Both the position numbers and the translations under genes were made by a program. Positions 45,287-54,138 of a stretch of DNA of 54,138 bases are shown one piece after another (position 1 is the first letter of the stretch; every line of letters starts with the position of its first letter). Location: NCBI GenBank assembly GCA_035653915.1, contig DASRYE010000041.1:1-54138 (forward strand). Direction: 5' to 3'. Below the pieces are notes generated by a model. That model was not told where the DNA came from. It made no database searches and was given only the letters and a program-made list of their open reading frames with translations. The DNA is from Novosphingobium sp. (lineage in GTDB: Bacteria; Pseudomonadota; Alphaproteobacteria; Sphingomonadales; Sphingomonadaceae).

Positions 45287-47518
45287 CTAGAACTTCACCT
45301 TGCCAGTCGCGCCGAAGGTGCGTGGCGGCGCCCACTGGATGACATCGCCCTGATACTGCGAGAACAGCGCAACCGCATAATCGGTGTTCAGCAGGTTCTT
45401 GCCCCAGAGAGTGATGCCGAATTTTCCGCCCTTCGACGTCCAGCCCACTTGCGCCCCCAGCAAGCTATAGGCAGCCTGCTTCAGGCGGCCATCAGGCTCG
45501 GCATTCCAACCGCTGTTGTAATTGTAGGTGGTGTTGATCTGGAAATCGCCCACTTGGCTTGGAATGGTATACGTCGCCGAAGCCGTAATGGTAAGTTTCG
45601 GTGCAAACGGAACCCGGTTTCCTGTCGCATCGCCGGTCGAATATGCCGTACCCCCTCCTTCTGACAGGGGGATCGATGTGGTGTAATCGGCATTCGGGTA
45701 ATAGGTGAAGGTCGCATGCAGCAGGCTTGCCCCCGCATGCAGGCTGAAGCGGGGCGTCAAAACCGCATCGGCGGCGATGTCGGCACCATAGAAGCGGGCC
45801 CTTGCCCCATTGCTGATATCCAGGATTCCGGTCTGGAAGCTTTGCACCTGGATATTGCTGTAATTGTAGAGAAACCCCGCGACATTCAACCGAAACCGCT
45901 TATCCCTTGTCTGAGCCTTCACGCCGATTTCATAGGCGTCGAGCTTTTCCGGTTCATATGGCACCACCTCATATTTGCCCGTTACGGCATTATAATTCGT
46001 GATGCCGGGGTTAAACCCGCCACTTTTATAGCCACGGTTATAGGAAGCATATGCCAGAATCTGCGGGCTAAAGCTGTGATCGAGCGACACCCGCCAGGTT
46101 GGCGCATGAAACCACTTGTGCCCGCTGGCCGTCACGTCAGGAACGGTGGAGCCGACCTCAAGCGTCTGGGAGTCGAGAAAAGCCGACCGCCGCTCCGTCG
46201 TAAAGCGGATACCGCCGGTCAGGTGGGTTTCGGGCGTGATCGCCCAAGTGGCCTGCCCATAGGCAGCAAAGGAATCCGTCTTGATCGTCGCATAGTCGAT
46301 CAGATCCGTGACCGGATAGTAAAGCCCCCCGTAGAGATGGACCGGATCGTATTTTGCGGTTTCGTGGAAATAATACAGGCCGGCAGTCCATGTCACAGCT
46401 CCACCGGATGGCGACGAGAACTGCAACTCCTGGCTGAATTGCTCATGCGGCTCGTTCAGAGAAATATTCTCCGCATAAGACGGATTGGGCGTGAGCGCTC
46501 CATCTTCCACCGTAAGGGATTCGGTTCTCTGGAAGGCGGTGATGCTCTCGATATGAACCTTTTCGAGATCCCATTCGCTCGTCAACGACACGCCATAGCT
46601 GCGAATGTAGCCATAGGGATCGTAATAGCCATTGAGATCATGCGGCCGAAGATTCGTGCCCGTGCCGCCAAGCGAAACGGTGCCCGGCGCCGAGGCCAGA
46701 ACCGGGTCATACCGGACATAGCCGTAGTTGCCGGCAAGCGTGAACTTCAGATTGCTGCCCGGTTCCCAGAGCAGTTTCGAACGGATGAAGATCTTGCGCG
46801 TCTTGTCGATGTCTTTGCCGGTCGCCTCGTTGCGGCCGTAGCCGGAGGCCTGATCGCTGAAATCCACCGCGACATTCGCCGCGAGGTTTTTCGTCACTTC
46901 CCCGGTCAGGTAGGCACTGGCGGTCAGCGTTTCATAGGAGCCATACCCCAGGGTGGCATTGCCGCTGGCCGTGTGCGAGGGATCGAGGGTGCGGATCTGG
47001 ATCAGGCCGCCTGTGGCATTGCGCCCGAACAACGTGCCTTGCGGCCCGTTGATGACCTCGACCGCCTTCACATTGCCGAAATCGGCAGCACCGCCCACCA
47101 TCGAGGCCTGGTAAACGCCATCGATATAAACCGCGACCGCGCTTTCGATGCCAGGCCCGGTCGCCGTTGTGCCGATCCCGCGCAGATGCGGCTGAGACCA
47201 GCCGCCTTCCTCGGCAAACGTGAGGCTGGGCGCCAGCATATTCAGATCCGCAACGCTGGAAACATTCGATTTCTCGAGCGTTTCGGCCGTGGCCGCGGTC
47301 ACCGAAATCGGCACTTTCTGGAGATTTTCGCTGCGGCGCTGGGCCGTCACGGTAATCTCGCCCACGGCAGGCGCCGCCTCGGCGGTCGACGTCGCGGCAG
47401 TCTCGGCAACCGCAGTCTCGGCAATGGCAGATGAGGACCAGGAAACGAGCATGGTAGCTACAAGCACCGCCGCGACAGAGACTCCATCCGACAGCGAAGA
47501 TCGCGTAATGTTTTTCAT
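45287..47518 (-). CDS. TonB-dependent receptor
   Basis: EITVTAQRRSENLQKVPISVTA, YIDGVY, GPQGTLFGRNATGG, YKSGGFN, C-terminal PPRTFGATGKVKF; RBS GAGGG. Confidence 0.95.
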   Translation of the reverse strand: MKNITRSSLSDGVSVAAVLVATMLVSWSSSAIAETAVAETAATSTAEAAPAVGEITVTAQRRSENLQKVPISVTAATAETLEKSNVSSVADLNMLAPSLTFAEEGGWSQPHLRGIGTTATGPGIESAVAVYIDGVYQASMVGGAADFGNVKAVEVINGPQGTLFGRNATGGLIQIRTLDPSHTASGNATLGYGSYETLTASAYLTGEVTKNLAANVAVDFSDQASGYGRNEATGKDIDKTRKIFIRSKLLWEPGSNLKFTLAGNYGYVRYDPVLASAPGTVSLGGTGTNLRPHDLNGYYDPYGYIRSYGVSLTSEWDLEKVHIESITAFQRTESLTVEDGALTPNPSYAENISLNEPHEQFSQELQFSSPSGGAVTWTAGLYYFHETAKYDPVHLYGGLYYPVTDLIDYATIKTDSFAAYGQATWAITPETHLTGGIRFTTERRSAFLDSQTLEVGSTVPDVTASGHKWFHAPTWRVSLDHSFSPQILAYASYNRGYKSGGFNPGITNYNAVTGKYEVVPYEPEKLDAYEIGVKAQTRDKRFRLNVAGFLYNYSNIQVQSFQTGILDISNGARARFYGADIAADAVLTPRFSLHAGASLLHATFTYYPNADYTTSIPLSEGGGTAYSTGDATGNRVPFAPKLTITASATYTIPSQVGDFQINTTYNYNSGWNAEPDGRLKQAAYSLLGAQVGWTSKGGKFGITLWGKNLLNTDYAVALFSQYQGDVIQWAPPRTFGATGKVKF

Positions 47519-48087
47519 TCTTCCCTCATATTTTGTTTTATTGAAGATGCAGTGTGTTCGGCGACTCCAACCCTCGAGCACATAAGTCTCTTCGGACGCA
47601 ATACGGACCCTTATTTACAAGGGTATTTGCCCGAAATTCACGTCCGATCCTCCACAAACATCATTACATCAGGGAGATGGGCGTGAGAACATCGCTTTTT
47701 ATTATTCTGCCCATTCGCACGATCGATACAGCATCCAGCGCGTTTACAGATCACTTTCGCAGCGACACGGTTTACGCATCCAAATAAATGCCATTAATTC
47801 TCTGCATTACATATATTTTGAGAACGCTGGGACGCGACATGCCAAATCGCCGGACGGCTACAGCTCCGACAAAATGCGCATCGCAGATAAGTTTTTCGGC
47901 TTCCTCCAAATATTCCACCGAAACCAGTGCGGATAATTTACAGAAATTCACTCCCGCACGGCAACGCATCGTCACAATACGTCACAATACAAGGAAAACA
48001 GGAGAAGCATCGGAATGCATCCATCTGAAAACACACGCTGACAGATACATTCCGAGAGAAATATATTTTCAAAGCAATATATTGCTA

Positions 48088-48753
48088 TCAAGCGAAGGAT
48101 TTTTGGATATCCGCCACCAGCGCGCTGATCTGCGCCCGCGCTGCAGCGAGGGATTCCTCGAAATAGTCCTTCTTCGAGAGGGCCCCATAGAGCGATACAG
48201 CATCGATATGCGCCACACCAAGGTGAGATAAGGGCTCGCGCAAAGCGGCGATGGCAGCACCGGCGCCGCTCTCCACATCCCCGCTTTCCCGGGATCCTGC
48301 CGAAGTGGCGATCACCAGGCGCTTGCCCGGCGCCAGCAGGCCCTTTTCCCCGCCGGTGACGGAAAAGGTGAGGCCCACGCGCACGACATTGTCGATCCAC
48401 GCCTTGAGCTGGGCCGGCACGCCGAAATTGTAGACCGCGACCCCGATCACGATCACATCGGCGTTCAGCAGTTCCTGCGCCAGCACATCGCTTTCCGCCA
48501 ATGCGGCGCGAATGGCATCATCATGCGCGGCCGGATCGGAAAACGACCCCCTCAACCAGTCGACAGTGATCGCGGCCGGCGGATTCACGCCAACATCGCG
48601 CTCGACAATCACGTCGTTCGGCCGGGTTTCGCGCCAGCGATCAAGAAAATATCCGGTAAGTTCACGCGAATGGGAACCGGCAAACTGTTGATCGGATCGA
48701 TTCGGCTGCGGACTGGAACTCACGTGAAGGATATTCAGCGGCGCATTCGACAC
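48088..48753 (-). CDS. azoR: FMN-dependent NADH-azoreductase / quinone reductase
   Basis: ILHVSSSP..SRELT, RDVG-NPP, SD-L--EL--AD, YNFGVPAQLKAWID..RVGLTF. Confidence 0.85.
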   Translation of the reverse strand: MSNAPLNILHVSSSPQPNRSDQQFAGSHSRELTGYFLDRWRETRPNDVIVERDVGVNPPAAITVDWLRGSFSDPAAHDDAIRAALAESDVLAQELLNADVIVIGVAVYNFGVPAQLKAWIDNVVRVGLTFSVTGGEKGLLAPGKRLVIATSAGSRESGDVESGAGAAIAALREPLSHLGVAHIDAVSLYGALSKKDYFEESLAAARAQISALVADIQKSFA

Positions 48754-49220
48754 GGGTCTTTCCTTTCCAAGTCATCCCGGGAACAATAAAAAATCTGCCT
48801 GCCCGGATCGGATGGCGATCGGGAAAAGACCTTCCCCCGCCCGCCTCCGCCGTCGCTTTTGCGGCCCTGGCCCCGAAGGGTTCGAGTCCGTCCAACCGCC
48901 AAAATGGCCTGCTCCACATAAAACAGAATCGAATCATTAGTGTCAAGATTGTTTCATTTTTTTCGAAGTTGCCCCGCTTTCGCATAAGCAGATACCCTCA
49001 GCACCAACCGCAAAACCCGGCCACATCAGCAGAAAGCACGCCGCCCGCTCGCGTGATCGATCGGCGTTGAGGGCGGGCAATGTCGATGCAAACGCCGCAC
49101 GCCCATCCTGGCCAGGATCAATTGAGGCCTGGGCCTAGGCACGGCATCTTTGCCGCCCTATTCAGGTGGTTATCGGCCCGCCCTTCCCCCATCCGGGCCG
49201 GCCCGAAGAAGGAGATTGCG

Positions 49221-50033
49221 ATGAAGCCGCTGATCGGACGCGACACCCGCCTGTGCATGTCGCTGGCGGCAAGGCCGGGCAATTTCGGCTCGCGCTTCCA
49301 TAACCGGCTCTACGAGCTGTGCGGGCTCGATTATGTCTACAAATCCTTCACCACCACGGATCTGGCCGGCGCGATCGGCGGCATCCGCGCGCTGGATATC
49401 CGCGGCTGCGCCATCTCGATGCCGTTCAAGGAGGACGTGATCGCCCTGCTCGACGCGCTTGCCCCCTCGGCCAGCGCGATCGACAGCGTCAACACCATCG
49501 TCAACGATGCCGGCGTGCTCACCGGGCACAACACCGATTATGGCGCTGTCGTCGATCTGGTGGCCGGGCTCGACAGGGCGCTGCCCTTCGTGCTGCGGGG
49601 CGCGGGCGGCATGGGCAAGGCGGTGGCTGCCGCCCTCAGCGACAGCGGCTTTCGCGATGGCACGATCGTGGCGCGCAATGCCGCGGCCGGGCAGGCGCTG
49701 GCGGATCTTTATGGCTATCGCTGGCAGGCCGCGCCCGCAGGCACGGCAGCGCTGCTGATCAACGTTACGCCGCTGGGCATGGTGGGCGCCGATGCCGATG
49801 CGCTGGCTTTCCCCGAGGCGATGATCGCGGCCTGCGAGGTGGCGTTCGATGTGGTGCAATATCCGCCGCAAACGCCTTTCCTGCAGGCAGCGGCGCAGAT
49901 GGGCAAGCGCTGCATCACCGGCACCGAAGTGGCCACCTTGCAAGCCCTCCAGCAATTCGCGCTCTACACCGGCGTGACGCCATCGCCCGCGCAAGTGGCC
50001 GAGGCCGCGCAATGGGCCCGCGCCCATCCCTGA
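49221..50033 (+). CDS. Shikimate 5-dehydrogenase-like protein (SdhL/HI0607 subgroup)
   Basis: LCMSLAARPGNFGSRFHN, SMPFKE, SVNTI, NTD, GAGGMGKA, LQA-QF-LYTG; RBS AAGGAG. Confidence 0.88.
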   Translation: MKPLIGRDTRLCMSLAARPGNFGSRFHNRLYELCGLDYVYKSFTTTDLAGAIGGIRALDIRGCAISMPFKEDVIALLDALAPSASAIDSVNTIVNDAGVLTGHNTDYGAVVDLVAGLDRALPFVLRGAGGMGKAVAAALSDSGFRDGTIVARNAAAGQALADLYGYRWQAAPAGTAALLINVTPLGMVGADADALAFPEAMIAACEVAFDVVQYPPQTPFLQAAAQMGKRCITGTEVATLQALQQFALYTGVTPSPAQVAEAAQWARAHP

Positions 50034-50034
50034 T

Positions 50035-52059
50035 CTAAAGCTGGCTGTCGGGCAGCAGGGCGCGGGTCATGCCGACAAGGATGTTGAGCAGCTCGCGCTC
50101 CACCGCATTGGCGGTGGGCAGGCGGCACAGGGCCACCAGATCCTGCAGCGCGCGCAGTGCATCGGCGCGGCACTGGTGCAGGTTTGCCGGCCGGGCGCGC
50201 CCTTGCGCGGCGCATAGCGCGCCCGCCCGCAGCTGCACCTGGGCCAGGGCGGCGCGGCCGGCGGAACCCAGCTCATGCGACATCGTCCCGATCTGGATGA
50301 GGTTGAGGCCAATGCGCACCTCACGCAGGCCATTGCTGAGCGCCAGCGCATGGCCCGGCACCGCTTCCAGCTGGGCCAGGCGCGGCGCCAGCAGCGCGGC
50401 GCGGTCCACCATCAGGCTGTTCCATTCCTCACGCGTTACGCTGGAACGCGGGCTGGCCAGCCGCGCCAGATCGCGCCAGTTGCGCCGCAGGATGCGCCCC
50501 ACCGCCCGCTCCACGCCGATTACCCGCAGCATGGCGGTGGTGAGGATGGCCGCCGCCGCCCCTGCCAGCTGGGCGATGTTGTTGTTGAGGAAAGCGGCGA
50601 AATCGGCGTTCAGCGTGTCTGTCAGGGCAATCGCGCCGCAAAAGCCCACCACCAGCGTCATCATCCGCGCATAGAGCGCAGGCACGCCCAGAAACACCCC
50701 CAGCCCCACCAGCGTGGGCGCCAGCGCCGCCATCAGCATCTCGAACGTATCCAGCCGGGGCAGGATGGCAAAGAGATAGAGCGCGGCGATCGGCAGGCTG
50801 AGCGCGGTCCACACCAGCCAGCTGGTCTGCGCCGGGCGGGGATTGTCGAGCGTGGCGAAGAAGCTGCACACCACAGCGCAGATCATCGCCATCACCCCGC
50901 CTTCGGGCCAGGCGGTGTAGATCCAGAACAGGCAGGAGCCAAAGACGCCAATCCCCGCCGCCACCGCCGAGCGCAGCGCCAGCCCGCCATCGCGGTGCCA
51001 GCGCCGGCGCGTGCGCTGGGCCAGCAGCGGGCGCAGCGCGGCGGGCAGCGGGGTGGCCGGGTGCAGCGTGTGCTCCACCAGCCATTTCGCCGCCTCGATC
51101 CGCTGCACCAGCTCGGCCAGGCGCGCGTGGAGGTTCAGCTCCAGCAGGCCTTCCCAGCCCTGCGGGTGCAGACCGGCGTGCCAGGTGGCCAGCGCCGCTT
51201 CGATATCCGCCCGCGAGGCGGAAAGGTCTGCCGGGGCCTGGCTGGCCCAATCGCCCAGCGCCCTCAGCAGCTCCGCCAGCGCCGGTGACAGGCCGCCCAG
51301 CCGGTGGATCTGGGCAATGCGGTCCTCGATGGCGTCAACCAGCGGCAGCAGCAGCACCAGATGATCCCACATCGCCATGATCGCATCGCGGCCCAGCACG
51401 CCATTGTCCGGATGGAAGCGCAAGTGCGTGGCCAGCAGGCGCAGCTCGGTCATCGCTGCGGCCATGGTGCCGGGCGGATCGGGCGGGGCGCTTTCCTCCG
51501 GCCGGCGCAGCACATCGGCAATCCAGCGGTTCATCCCGCCACGCACACCGCGGATGCTGGCGGCAATCGCCTGCTCGAAATCATGCGCGGGGATCAGCGT
51601 GTGCAGCAGGCTGGAACAGGCCACGCCAATCGAGATCTCCTGCCCGCGCAGCACCGCCAGGTCGAAGATCCGCTCGGGCGTGTCCACCGCCGGGAAGGTG
51701 ATGAGCGCAGCGGTGTAGCCGGCCAGCATGAACAGATAGGCGCGCGGCGTGCGATCAAGCAGCGAGGCGAACAGGCAGCAGCCCACCCACAGCGCCATCA
51801 CCAGCGACAGCAGGATCGGCTCCTGCACGAACAGGGGCACGAACAGCACCGATGCCGCCGCCCCGATCAGCGTGCCGCCAATGCGGAACACCCCCTTGGA
51901 CAGCGCCGCCGCCGCCAGCGGCTGGCTGCTGATATAAACGGTGAGCATCGCCCAATAGGGCCGGTCCAGCCCGATCAGGAAGGAAATGCCCAGCGCCAGC
52001 ATGGCCGCCGCAAAGGTGGTGAGCGAGAAGGTGATTTCCGGGCGGCCGATGCGCGGCAT
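50035..52059 (-). CDS. FUSC/AaeB family efflux membrane protein
   Basis: PYWAMLTVYI-SQP, FRIGGTLIG, RTPRAY-F-LAGYT, FWIYTAWPEG, FFA-LDNP; true start probably ATG 52059. Confidence 0.9.
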   Translation of the reverse strand: MPRIGRPEITFSLTTFAAAMLALGISFLIGLDRPYWAMLTVYISSQPLAAAALSKGVFRIGGTLIGAAASVLFVPLFVQEPILLSLVMALWVGCCLFASLLDRTPRAYLFMLAGYTAALITFPAVDTPERIFDLAVLRGQEISIGVACSSLLHTLIPAHDFEQAIAASIRGVRGGMNRWIADVLRRPEESAPPDPPGTMAAAMTELRLLATHLRFHPDNGVLGRDAIMAMWDHLVLLLPLVDAIEDRIAQIHRLGGLSPALAELLRALGDWASQAPADLSASRADIEAALATWHAGLHPQGWEGLLELNLHARLAELVQRIEAAKWLVEHTLHPATPLPAALRPLLAQRTRRRWHRDGGLALRSAVAAGIGVFGSCLFWIYTAWPEGGVMAMICAVVCSFFATLDNPRPAQTSWLVWTALSLPIAALYLFAILPRLDTFEMLMAALAPTLVGLGVFLGVPALYARMMTLVVGFCGAIALTDTLNADFAAFLNNNIAQLAGAAAAILTTAMLRVIGVERAVGRILRRNWRDLARLASPRSSVTREEWNSLMVDRAALLAPRLAQLEAVPGHALALSNGLREVRIGLNLIQIGTMSHELGSAGRAALAQVQLRAGALCAAQGRARPANLHQCRADALRALQDLVALCRLPTANAVERELLNILVGMTRALLPDSQL

Positions 52060-52061
52060 GC

Positions 52062-52532
52062 TCAACGCCCCTTGCCTGCGCGCACCCGCTCTTCCAGCAG
52101 GCGCAGCACGCGCAGCGTGGTGGCGATATCCTCTGCCGGCAGATCGCCCAGCATGGCGCGGCGGCGCTCGGTCAGCCGGGCTTCCATATGGGCGGCCAGC
52201 TTGCGCCCGCGCGGGGTGAGGCACACGCCGCGCGCGCGCCGGTCGGCCGGCACGGCGCGCCGCTCGATCAGCCCGCCCTGTTCGGCGCTGGCCAGGGCGC
52301 GGGCCAGGGCGGCCGGATGCACGCCGATCTCTTCTGCCAGGCGCGCCTGCAACACGCCATCGCCCAGCCGCGAGACGAACAGCACCGGCGTTGCCACCGC
52401 CACCGAAACGCCCGATTGTGCCAGCGCGGCCGCGGCCACCTGCTGCCAGGCCCGCCGCGCCGGCTGGATGGCGTTGGTCAGGGCATACAGCCGGGCATCG
52501 CCGGGCGCGCCCCTCTCCGACATTGTTGACAT
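52062..52532 (-). CDS. MarR family regulator (SlyA-like)
   Basis: Q--LA..G..L-R....E--GLIER..DRRAR-V-LT-RG. Confidence 0.9.
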   Translation of the reverse strand: MSTMSERGAPGDARLYALTNAIQPARRAWQQVAAAALAQSGVSVAVATPVLFVSRLGDGVLQARLAEEIGVHPAALARALASAEQGGLIERRAVPADRRARGVCLTPRGRKLAAHMEARLTERRRAMLGDLPAEDIATTLRVLRLLEERVRAGKGR

Positions 52533-52538
52533 GGCAAC

Positions 52539-52567
52539 GATCTAGCCCGCCGCCCGGCAACTGGCAA
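52539..52567 (-). promoter_or_regulatory. Sigma70-like promoter, leaderless MarR transcript
   Basis: TTGCCA-17bp-TAGATC-6bp-ATG. Confidence 0.5.
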
Positions 52568-52588
52568 GGTCCGCCTTAATGGCCCTGC

Positions 52589-53302
52589 TCAGGGGCAGGC
52601 CGCCGCCTTCTGCCCGCAGCCCAGCGCGCCTGTCACCACGCCGATCGTATCGGCCACCATCGCTTCCACGCCGGGGGCGGTGGGGTGGATGTGATCGGGC
52701 AGCTGCAGGCCCGGCCGCTGATACACCGCCTTCAGGAAAAAGGGCACCAGCGCGGCGTGATGCTTGCGCGCCAGCTGGGCGAACATGGCGTTGAAGGGGC
52801 CGGCATAATCGGGCCCCATGTTGGGCGCGGCCAGCATGCCCAGCACCACCACGCGGATGTGCCTGTCCTCCAGCCTGGTCAGGATCGCATCGAGATTGGC
52901 CTTTGCCTGCGCCACCGGCAGGCCGCGCAACATGTCGTTGCCGCCCAGCGAGAGCAGCACCAGATCAGGCGGCGGGTTCTGGCTGGCAAGGGTGAAATCG
53001 AGGCGGGCAAGGCCATCGGCGGTGGTATCGCCCGAGACACCGGCGTTGACCACCTGCGCGTTGATGCCGCGCGCGCGCAAGGCGGCCTCCAGGCGCGGCG
53101 GATAGGCCTCCTCGGTGCGCAGGCCATAGCCGGCCAGCAAACTGTCGCCCAGCGCAACGATATGCACCGCAGGGCCCTGTGGCGCGGCCGCCTGCGCAGC
53201 GCTGCTGGCGCGGCTTTCGGGCATCGCCGCTTCCTGCCGCTGGCACCCGGCCAGCGCCAGCAGCAGCATGCCCGCCATAATGCCCTTGCCCAAGCTTCGC
53301 AT
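52589..53302 (-). CDS. tesA: SGNH/GDSL arylesterase (TesA-like), lipoprotein
   Basis: LGDSL, NAGVSGDTT, LGGND, DHIHP; lipobox LAGC. Confidence 0.88.
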   Translation of the reverse strand: MRSLGKGIMAGMLLLALAGCQRQEAAMPESRASSAAQAAAPQGPAVHIVALGDSLLAGYGLRTEEAYPPRLEAALRARGINAQVVNAGVSGDTTADGLARLDFTLASQNPPPDLVLLSLGGNDMLRGLPVAQAKANLDAILTRLEDRHIRVVVLGMLAAPNMGPDYAGPFNAMFAQLARKHHAALVPFFLKAVYQRPGLQLPDHIHPTAPGVEAMVADTIGVVTGALGCGQKAAACP

Positions 53303-53367
53303 CGCACACCCTTTTTCTCTGGCGGCCCATCTTGCCACCGCATTGCAGCATACCCATAACCGATATC

Positions 53368-54066
53368 GTGACCCACCCCCCTTCTGGCAAGAGCGCCATC
53401 CTCGCCCGCAACCTCACCCTCACGCTGGGCAGCGGGGGGGAGGCCACCGAGATCCTGCGGGGCCTCGACCTTGAAGTGCCCCAGGGGCAGACGGTGGCGC
53501 TGCTGGGCCCGTCGGGCAGCGGCAAATCCTCGCTGATGGCCGTGCTCACCGGGCTGGAGCGGGCGAGCGGCGGCAGCCTTGCCGTCGCCGGCGCGGATTT
53601 TGCGGCGCTGGATGAGGATGGGCTGGCGCGGGCCCGGCGCGGGCGCATCGGCGTGGTGCTGCAGGCCTTCCACCTGCTGCCGACGATGACCGCGCTGGAA
53701 AATGTGATGACCGCGCTGGAACTGGCCGGCACCCCCGATGCCGAAGCGCGCGCCGCCGTGGAATTGCAGGCGGTGGGCCTTGGCCACCGGCTGCACCACT
53801 ATCCCGCCCAGCTTTCCGGCGGCGAGCAGCAACGCGTGGCGATTGCCCGCGCGCTGGCCCCGCGCCCGGCGCTGCTGTTCGCCGACGAGCCCACCGGCAA
53901 CCTGGATGCCGCCACGGGCGCTGCGATCATCGAGCTGATCCTGGCCCGGCGGGCGCAAACCGGCGCCACCCTGCTCATCATCACCCATGACGAGGCGCTG
54001 GCCGCGCGCGCGCAGCGGATCATCCGCATTGCCGATGGCCGCATCGCCGCGGACGAGCTGGCGTGA
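53368..54066 (+). CDS. ybbA: ABC transporter ATPase (YbbA-like)
   Basis: GPSGSGKS, LSGGEQQR, FADEPTGNLD, ITHD; divergent from tesA; TTGCCA-17bp-CATAAC lies just upstream of GTG 53368. Confidence 0.88.
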   Translation: MTHPPSGKSAILARNLTLTLGSGGEATEILRGLDLEVPQGQTVALLGPSGSGKSSLMAVLTGLERASGGSLAVAGADFAALDEDGLARARRGRIGVVLQAFHLLPTMTALENVMTALELAGTPDAEARAAVELQAVGLGHRLHHYPAQLSGGEQQRVAIARALAPRPALLFADEPTGNLDAATGAAIIELILARRAQTGATLLIITHDEALAARAQRIIRIADGRIAADELA

Positions 54067-54138
54067 GCCTCTCCTGGGCGGCGGCCTGGCGCATTGCCCG
54101 GCGTGAACTGTCTGCCCGGTTCCGGGGCTCGCGGCTGC
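54063..54138 (+). CDS. ybbP: ABC permease (YbbP-like), 5' fragment cut by window edge
   Basis: GTG overlaps the ybbA stop; MSLSWAAAWRIARRELSARFRG; typical tesA-ybbA-ybbP context. Confidence 0.6.
   Translation, partial: MSLSWAAAWRIARRELSARFRGSRL

Larger units (their letters stand above)
23226..48893. mobile_element. Catabolic genomic island at tRNA-Phe (no integrase seen; probably immobilised)
   Basis: Starts right after the tRNA; AT-rich spacers and relaxed GC3; accessory catabolic content; 14/15 copy of the tRNA T-arm at 48879-48893. Right boundary uncertain. Confidence 0.65.

Noticed and set aside
48841-48901. Second tRNA gene
   Set aside because: Only a T-loop-like motif; no acceptor stem, D-arm or anticodon arm could be folded.
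50035-52560. 841-aa FUSC with an N-terminal extension or a MarR-FUSC fusion
   Set aside because: The extension is an alternate frame over marR; FUSC-like sequence begins at ATG 52059.

Overview
GC-rich alphaproteobacterial chromosome segment; gene content and order look sphingomonad (Novosphingobium-like), which is an inference. All family assignments come from motifs and recalled sequences, not database searches. (1) Positions 1-23225 are core genes (hisD-nusB-thiL, hppA, uvrC, infA-maf-RNase E/G-like-yacG, tRNA-Phe). Among them sit a lipoprotein phosphoesterase plus di-heme MauG/BthA-type operon and, divergent from it, a tightly coupled reduced type IV secretion operon (virB1,2,3,4,6,9,10,11, with no virB5/7/8/D4 or relaxase). 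Each operon is preceded by a correctly oriented Pho-box-like direct repeat. (2) About 23226-48900 is a more AT-rich, integrase-less catabolic island at tRNA-Phe. It carries a non-canonical iac (indole-3-acetate)-like gene set (iacA/C/D/H/I, flavin reductase; no iacB/E/F), a hydroxyquinol dioxygenase/maleylacetate reductase lower pathway, three amine-oxidising enzymes, a second Rieske oxygenase, a divergent ARD-like cupin, a TonB receptor and an MFS transporter. My best hypothesis is a pathway for ring-hydroxylated and/or N-methylated indoleamines (serotonin/5-HIAA-like). (3) Positions 49221-54138 return to core-like genes (shikimate dehydrogenase-like, FUSC/MarR, tesA-ybbA-ybbP). No CRISPR array, rRNA, IS or integrase was seen.
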